Shown here: positions 58,649-64,000 of the stretch, piece by piece
How positions within the stretch are numbered: position 1 is the first letter of the stretch
Layout: each line of letters starts with the position of its first letter
Source: Bdellovibrio sp.
GTDB lineage: Bacteria > Bdellovibrionota > Bdellovibrionia > Bdellovibrionales > Bdellovibrionaceae
Direction: 5' to 3'
Assembly (NCBI GenBank): GCA_036676395.1
Contig: JAKFCY010000002.1
Location: 1,376,001-1,440,000, forward strand
Length of the DNA: 64,000 nt
Notes under the pieces: generated by a model
Database searches by the model: none
The model's input: the letters and a program-made list of their open reading frames with translations, nothing else
What the model was told of the DNA's origin: nothing
Position numbers and translations under genes: made by a program

Positions 58649-60046
58649 ATGTCAGACACTAAAAAAATCGTCGATAAGAAAATTGTAAAACTATTTGGTA
58701 CAGATGGTATCCGCGGAACCGCTAATCAGTTTCCGATGGTTCCGGATGTGGTTGTTAAAATCGGGCAAGCGATCGGCTATTTGATCCGTACAGGCCGAAT
58801 CACTTCGACTTCAAAAAGTAAAAAAGTTGTTATCGGTAAAGACACGCGTCTTTCTGGGTATATGATCGAACAAGCTCTTGCCAGTGGTTTAAACTCAATG
58901 GGTATTTATGTGCAACTTGTGGGTCCGTTGCCAACGCCTGCGATCGGTTATTTGACTAAAACCATGCGCGCTGTGGCAGGTATTGTGATTTCAGCTTCGC
59001 ATAATGCTTATCAGGATAACGGGATTAAAATTTTTGGGCCCGATGGTTTTAAATTAGATGATTCATTAGAAAAAGAAATTGAACGTTTGGTAAGCGAAGA
59101 TAACTTATCAAGTTTACTTCCAAAATCAAACGAAGTTGGTCGCACTCGCCGTATTGAAGATGCCCAAGGTCGATATATCGTGCATGCCAAAAGCACATTC
59201 CCTTTAGAATATACACTGGAAGGCATGCGTATTGTTTTAGACACCGCTCATGGCGCTGCCTATCGCGTAAGTCCTGCGATTTTTGAAGAGTTGGGTGCTG
59301 AAGTCATTCATTTGGGTTCGCAGCCTAATGGCACTAACATCAACGATAAATCAGGCGCCCTTCATCCTTCGCAAATTGCCAACGCCGTTATTCAGTATCG
59401 TGCAGATGTTGGTATTGGCCTGGACGGTGATGCTGATCGTGTGGTGATGGTGGATGATGAAGGTAAAATCATGAATGGCGATAAAGTTATCGCGATTTGT
59501 GCGCTTCACATGAAACAAAAAAACATGTTAAAGAACAACACGATTGTTGTGACTCAAATGTCTAATTTTGCTTTAGAAAAAAAGATGAAAGATTTAGGTA
59601 TTAAGACGATCAAAACAAATGTGGGTGATAAACACGTTGTCGATGAAATGCGTAAAAATAACTACAATCTTGGCGGTGAACAATCTGGTCACATTATCTT
59701 TTTAGATCACACCACGACTGGTGATGGAACTGTTGCGGCATTAAATGTTTTATCGGTGATGAAAGAATCCGGAAAAAAATTAAGTGAACTGGCAACGATT
59801 TTTGAAGATATGCCACAAGTCTTGATCAACTGCCGTGTTCGCCACAGAAAAGCTTTAGATGAAATTAAGGGTTATAATGAATTGATCACAGCTAAAGAAA
59901 AAGAATTAAATAACGAAGGTCGTTTATTTATTCGTTTTTCTGGAACAGAGCCATTGATCCGTATTTTAGCTGAAGGCCCAAGTAAAGAAAAAATTTCTGC
60001 GATTGCAGAAGAGATCGCTTCATTTTTAGAGAAAGAATTAAGTTAA
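58649..60046 (+). CDS. glmM: Phosphoglucosamine mutase
   Basis: FGTDGIRG, GKDTRLSG, ISASHN, DGDADR, GGEQSGH, SGTEP. Confidence 0.97.
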   Translation: MSDTKKIVDKKIVKLFGTDGIRGTANQFPMVPDVVVKIGQAIGYLIRTGRITSTSKSKKVVIGKDTRLSGYMIEQALASGLNSMGIYVQLVGPLPTPAIGYLTKTMRAVAGIVISASHNAYQDNGIKIFGPDGFKLDDSLEKEIERLVSEDNLSSLLPKSNEVGRTRRIEDAQGRYIVHAKSTFPLEYTLEGMRIVLDTAHGAAYRVSPAIFEELGAEVIHLGSQPNGTNINDKSGALHPSQIANAVIQYRADVGIGLDGDADRVVMVDDEGKIMNGDKVIAICALHMKQKNMLKNNTIVVTQMSNFALEKKMKDLGIKTIKTNVGDKHVVDEMRKNNYNLGGEQSGHIIFLDHTTTGDGTVAALNVLSVMKESGKKLSELATIFEDMPQVLINCRVRHRKALDEIKGYNELITAKEKELNNEGRLFIRFSGTEPLIRILAEGPSKEKISAIAEEIASFLEKELS

Positions 60047-60768
60047 TGGCAAAAGTAAGACTTGGCGTAAATATTGATCATGCGGCCACTTTAAGACAAG
60101 TTCGCGCAGCAACCACCAGCTATCCGAACATGTTAGAGATGGTGAAGCTTGCAAAAGCAGGTGGTGCAAAGCAGATCACGATTCATTTGCGTGAAGACCG
60201 CAGACATATTCAAGATCATGATGTGATTAGTTTATGTAAAAAATCACCTTTAGAAATCAATTTAGAGATGGGTGCTTCTAACGAAATGCTAAAAATTGCT
60301 TTAAAGAATAAACCTGCTTGGGTGTGCCTAGTTCCAGAAAAAAGAGCCGAGCTTACAACTGAAGGTGGATTAAATATCGTTAAAGGTTTTAAAAATCTAG
60401 AGACGATGACTCATAAATTGTCTGATGCAAAAATCAAAGTTTCATTTTTTATTGAGCCAACTCTAGACCAAGTTGAAGCTTCAGCATTGGCGGGCGCACA
60501 TGCTGTTGAATTTCATACAGGCCGTTGGGTGCTGTTAACAGGTGCTAAGAAAAAAGCTGAATACAATAAGCTTGTGATTGCAGCTCTTGAGGCGCACCGT
60601 TTGGGCTTACGCGTGCATGTAGGTCATGGTTTAGATTACACCCATGCCAAGCTTATTAAAAAATTACCTCATTTAGTTGAAGCCAACATTGGTCATAGTT
60701 TGATTTGCTATTCTTTAACTGATGGGTTGAAAGCTTCAGTTAAAAAAATGGTGAAAGCTTTGAACTAG
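60046..60768 (+). CDS. pdxJ: Pyridoxine 5'-phosphate synthase
   Basis: LGVNIDH.ATLRQ, HLREDRRHI, LVPEKR.ELTTEGG, GHGL, NIGH. Confidence 0.96.
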   Translation: MAKVRLGVNIDHAATLRQVRAATTSYPNMLEMVKLAKAGGAKQITIHLREDRRHIQDHDVISLCKKSPLEINLEMGASNEMLKIALKNKPAWVCLVPEKRAELTTEGGLNIVKGFKNLETMTHKLSDAKIKVSFFIEPTLDQVEASALAGAHAVEFHTGRWVLLTGAKKKAEYNKLVIAALEAHRLGLRVHVGHGLDYTHAKLIKKLPHLVEANIGHSLICYSLTDGLKASVKKMVKALN

Positions 60769-60769
60769 A

Positions 60770-61192
60770 ATGTCGCGCGAACTTTTCTTTGTTCATTCTC
60801 TGTCAGACTGGGATAAAGTCGTCGCTTTTATAAAGCCAAAACTTAAAGGTAAGAATTTGTTTTTGCTGGCGGGTGATCTAGGTGCTGGTAAAACCACCCT
60901 TGTTAGTTTGATCGCAAAAACAATGAACATTCATCTGGTAAGTTCACCTACGTTTTCACTTATTTCGCAGCATAAAAACTTAACCCACGTTGATCTGTAC
61001 CGACTAGAAAGTATGGAAGAAATCGATGCCACTGGTTTTTGGGAAATCTTCGAAGAAGAAGACAATGTCGTTTTTGTCGAATGGGCGCAAAAGATCTCTG
61101 ATGATTTATGGCCGCTAGATTGGGATATAACTAGAATTGCAATTAACAAAAAATCTGAAAACTTACGCGAAGTTTTGATTATTGAAAGCTAA
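60770..61192 (+). CDS. tsaE: tRNA t6A biosynthesis ATPase
   Basis: GDLGAGKTT, SSPTF, HVDLYRL, VEW. Confidence 0.93.
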   Translation: MSRELFFVHSLSDWDKVVAFIKPKLKGKNLFLLAGDLGAGKTTLVSLIAKTMNIHLVSSPTFSLISQHKNLTHVDLYRLESMEEIDATGFWEIFEEEDNVVFVEWAQKISDDLWPLDWDITRIAINKKSENLREVLIIES

Positions 61193-61193
61193 C

Positions 61194-62087
61194 CTAGACT
61201 GCTTTTTCTGAAATTGATTCTAATGTCGTAATGTCGTCTTGTGATAGGTGAGTGGTTTTAAAGCCCACCAAAAAGCCAACAACTTTTGGTCCAAGTTTGA
61301 TTGCAGAGATACAAGCATATTTAAAATCTAATATTTTTAAACCTAATTGATTGATATTAAAAGTTTCAGTGAAATGATTTTTATAAACATTAGTGAATGG
61401 GTTTTCTGCAGTTAAATCATAAGAAAAAATAGCCGTATCTAATTCTTCTTTTTCTAAGTCTTCATCCATTTTATAAAGCTCGGTCATATTTTTTCCTGTC
61501 ACGCGTAAAACGACATAAGCGTCAAATTTTTTACGGGCGATTTCAGAAAAATTACCATGATTTGTCTCTAGATTTTGCCAGACATGATTGTTCGTCATGC
61601 CATTTTCAGCAGGAAGCGGTTGAAGCACCACTGGCTGTACTTCTTCAACTACCGGTTCAAGCACTTTGCGAATTGGCGTGTTTGAAATAAAAGCTAGATT
61701 TTCAGGAGAGCATAAAACAAAAACAGCATTCGGTAGTGAGAGAACTTTATCTGAAAATTCAAGCCCCGCGATCAGTAGTTGTCCATCCCAAGTTTGTAAC
61801 GGAATTAATTCAGAATTAAAAGAAGGATATTGTGAATAGCCTTCAACACAGTCTAAGTGCTGTTTGCGTAATTTCAGAATTGAAGTCTGATCTAATTTTT
61901 CTAACACAGGCACACCGTAAAAAGCACTTGCCCAGGTTTTATAATCAGTCCAATTTAAAAATTGATTTTCTAATGCAATTTTAATTTTTGATTTTTGCAA
62001 TAGCGCAGGATCGCCAGAATTTAATAATTCTTCGACCGATAAAATCGCATCAGGAAAAAAATGCTCCCAGTTTTGCTCTTGCGCCAT
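61194..62087 (-). CDS. Hypothetical protein (possible GAF-like C-terminus)
   Basis: 297-aa ORF preceded by a FliA-type promoter. Confidence 0.7.
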   Translation of the reverse strand: MAQEQNWEHFFPDAILSVEELLNSGDPALLQKSKIKIALENQFLNWTDYKTWASAFYGVPVLEKLDQTSILKLRKQHLDCVEGYSQYPSFNSELIPLQTWDGQLLIAGLEFSDKVLSLPNAVFVLCSPENLAFISNTPIRKVLEPVVEEVQPVVLQPLPAENGMTNNHVWQNLETNHGNFSEIARKKFDAYVVLRVTGKNMTELYKMDEDLEKEELDTAIFSYDLTAENPFTNVYKNHFTETFNINQLGLKILDFKYACISAIKLGPKVVGFLVGFKTTHLSQDDITTLESISEKAV

Positions 62088-62094
62088 GTCTTTT

Positions 62095-62122
62095 ATATCG
62101 GACTATGGCCTTGCGATATTTA
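62095..62122 (-). promoter_or_regulatory. Sigma28 (FliA)-type promoter
   Basis: Minus strand TAAA-N16-TCCGATAT-N7-ATG. Confidence 0.6.
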
Positions 62123-62247
62123 GCCCGAAGCGCGAAAAGTTGCAGATTAGTCGCCGGTAATTTCTACAAAAATGTCGATATTGTGGACGATCTAACTAAC
62201 CCTGGTCTGGATATGGGGTGTCTAATGAGTAGTTTCAGGAGGAGACT

Positions 62248-62448
62248 ATGACAACAACTCTTATCCAGTGGTTCTCGGTTGCAGGCTTTATCGGTTTAAT
62301 GGCTTTTATTATGGTGTCGAACCGTGAAGTCCAATATAACGAATATAAAGCTCCAGTTGTTGAGGATAAGCCTTCGAAGTCTGAACCAAGACCTGTTTAC
62401 CCTCCGCTTAAGAAAAAGCCTTATACTCGCTCAACGCGAATGGCTTAA
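62248..62448 (+). CDS. Small single-TM protein
   Basis: Strong AGGAGG RBS, hydrophobic N-terminus, Pro/Lys-rich tail. Confidence 0.72.
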   Translation: MTTTLIQWFSVAGFIGLMAFIMVSNREVQYNEYKAPVVEDKPSKSEPRPVYPPLKKKPYTRSTRMA

Positions 62449-62559
62449 AGGCTAATCTCACGATTTTTGATCTAACTGGTTAATTTTACATAGATAATCT
62501 TTATTGAAACAGCTCTAATCCTTTTCAAAATTTTCATTCTCGTGTAGAAGTCATTAGCC

Positions 62560-63744
62560 ATGCTAAAGATTCCAATTTACCTAGACTTTAATGCGACGGC
62601 TCCGCTATCGCAAAAAGTGATTACCTCCATGCCACAGTTGCTACAACTGTGGGGTAATCCTTCGTCAATTCATTTAGCATCTCGTGGCCCAAAAACTATC
62701 TTACGTGAAACCAAAAAGAAATTAGCTGATTACTTAAAAGTTTCATCATTAGAAATTATTTTTAATTCTGGAGCTTCTGAAGGTAACAACACAGTTTTAA
62801 AATCAGTGTGGAATACTTTCCGTCCAGGAAATCATTTTAATCATTCCGTAAAAAATGAATTTTTAATTTCTGCCGTTGAACATCCAAGTATCACAAAGAC
62901 CGCTCAGTTTTTAGAAACCGAAGGAGCGATTGTTCATTGGATTCCAGTATCGCTTAATGGTGATATTGATTTGAACTTCATCAAAGAAAAATTAAATGAA
63001 CGTACGGCTCTTGTAAGTGTGATGTTTGCTAATAACGAAACAGGTACAGTGTTTCCGATCAAAGACATCGTGGCTTTGGCAAAAGCAAAAAATGTTTTAG
63101 TGCATTCAGATTGCGTACAGGCTTTTGGAAAAACTGATTTCAACCTTCAGGATCTTGGTGTTGATTACGCAACTATCTCAGCTCATAAGTTTTATGCGCT
63201 TAAAGGCTGCGGAGTTTTATTTGCACGAAAGAATGCGCCCTACATCAATTTAGTTCACGGTGGCGGGCAAGAGCGTTCTCGTCGTGGCGGTACCGAAAAT
63301 ATTCTTGGTATTGCTTCATTAGGCGTTATGGTTGATGAATTATCTCAGGTAAGCCATAATGAAACTGAAATCAGAATTCTTCGCGATTATTTTGAAACAG
63401 AAATTAAAGCGCAAATTCCTGCCGTAAGTGTGACTTGCGAAAAATCAATTCGTTTAGCAAACACATCAAGTCTAGTTATCACAGGCGTTGATGGCGAAAC
63501 ACTTCTGGTCAGTCTTGATCTTAAAGGTTTTGCCGTAAGCACAGGCGCAGCCTGCTCAAGCGGAAATCCAGAACCAAGCCCTGTTTTATTGGCGCTAGGT
63601 TTGACTCGTCAGGAAGCGCAAAACTCTTTACGCGTAAGTCTTGGCTGGACAACAACTAAAGAACATATCGATTTATTTATTCATCAGCTAGTTGAAGTTG
63701 TAGAACATCTTCGCGCAATTAATGAGGCACAAACAAATGTCTGA
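62560..63744 (+). CDS. iscS: Cysteine desulfurase (IscS/NifS family)
   Basis: [44 protein letters not shown]. Confidence 0.93.
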   Translation: MLKIPIYLDFNATAPLSQKVITSMPQLLQLWGNPSSIHLASRGPKTILRETKKKLADYLKVSSLEIIFNSGASEGNNTVLKSVWNTFRPGNHFNHSVKNEFLISAVEHPSITKTAQFLETEGAIVHWIPVSLNGDIDLNFIKEKLNERTALVSVMFANNETGTVFPIKDIVALAKAKNVLVHSDCVQAFGKTDFNLQDLGVDYATISAHKFYALKGCGVLFARKNAPYINLVHGGGQERSRRGGTENILGIASLGVMVDELSQVSHNETEIRILRDYFETEIKAQIPAVSVTCEKSIRLANTSSLVITGVDGETLLVSLDLKGFAVSTGAACSSGNPEPSPVLLALGLTRQEAQNSLRVSLGWTTTKEHIDLFIHQLVEVVEHLRAINEAQTNV

Positions 63745-64000
63745 TACCGTAAACGTACCAGTTAAAAAGAAAAAAGTATTAGTGGCAATGAGCGGTGGGG
63801 TTGACTCTTCTGTAGCCGCTGCGCTTTTAAAAGAGCAAGGCTACGATGTTGTCGGAGCCACGATGCAGGTTTGGGATTACACCAACTGCGATATCACTGA
63901 AGGTAACGGCACTTGCTGTTCGTCTTTAGACGTTGATGACGCTAGATCTGTGGCTGATAAGTTAGATATTCCGTTTTATGTTTTAAACTGCGAAGCAAAA
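63737..64000 (+). CDS. mnmA: tRNA 2-thiouridylase MnmA (5' part; truncated by window)
   Basis: Own translation: [46 protein letters not shown]...[20 protein letters not shown]. Confidence 0.93.
   Translation, partial: MSDTVNVPVKKKKVLVAMSGGVDSSVAAALLKEQGYDVVGATMQVWDYTNCDITEGNGTCCSSLDVDDARSVADKLDIPFYVLNCEAK

Overview
AT-rich bacterial chromosome segment, most likely a predatory Bdellovibrionota (Bdellovibrio/Pseudobdellovibrio-like). This is inferred from the S74-chaperone trimeric fibre adhesins, FliA-type promoters and the tilS-ftsH-cdaA-cdaR-glmM-pdxJ-tsaE synteny. In order it holds an oligopeptide ABC operon (oppDFABC), sohB, two ~1,450-1,500 aa mosaic fibre adhesins flanking a hemerythrin gene, nnrD, a DsbB/DsbA pair, mutM, fadE, a divergent de novo purine cluster (purKE / purFCDNLQHM), RNase Y, an MFS transporter, pgsA, glpX, a c-di-AMP module, iscS and a partial mnmA. 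The most striking element is a tightly coupled four-gene operon (41402-45753, minus): DUF4956 membrane protein, HlyD-adaptor/beta-propeller fusion, TolC-like protein and VTC polyphosphate-polymerase domain. It resembles a tripartite export system whose inner-membrane engine is a polyP polymerase rather than an ABC/RND/MFS pump; this function is a hypothesis. I saw no rRNA, tRNA, CRISPR array or mobile element. All calls come from motif recognition by eye, without database searches.
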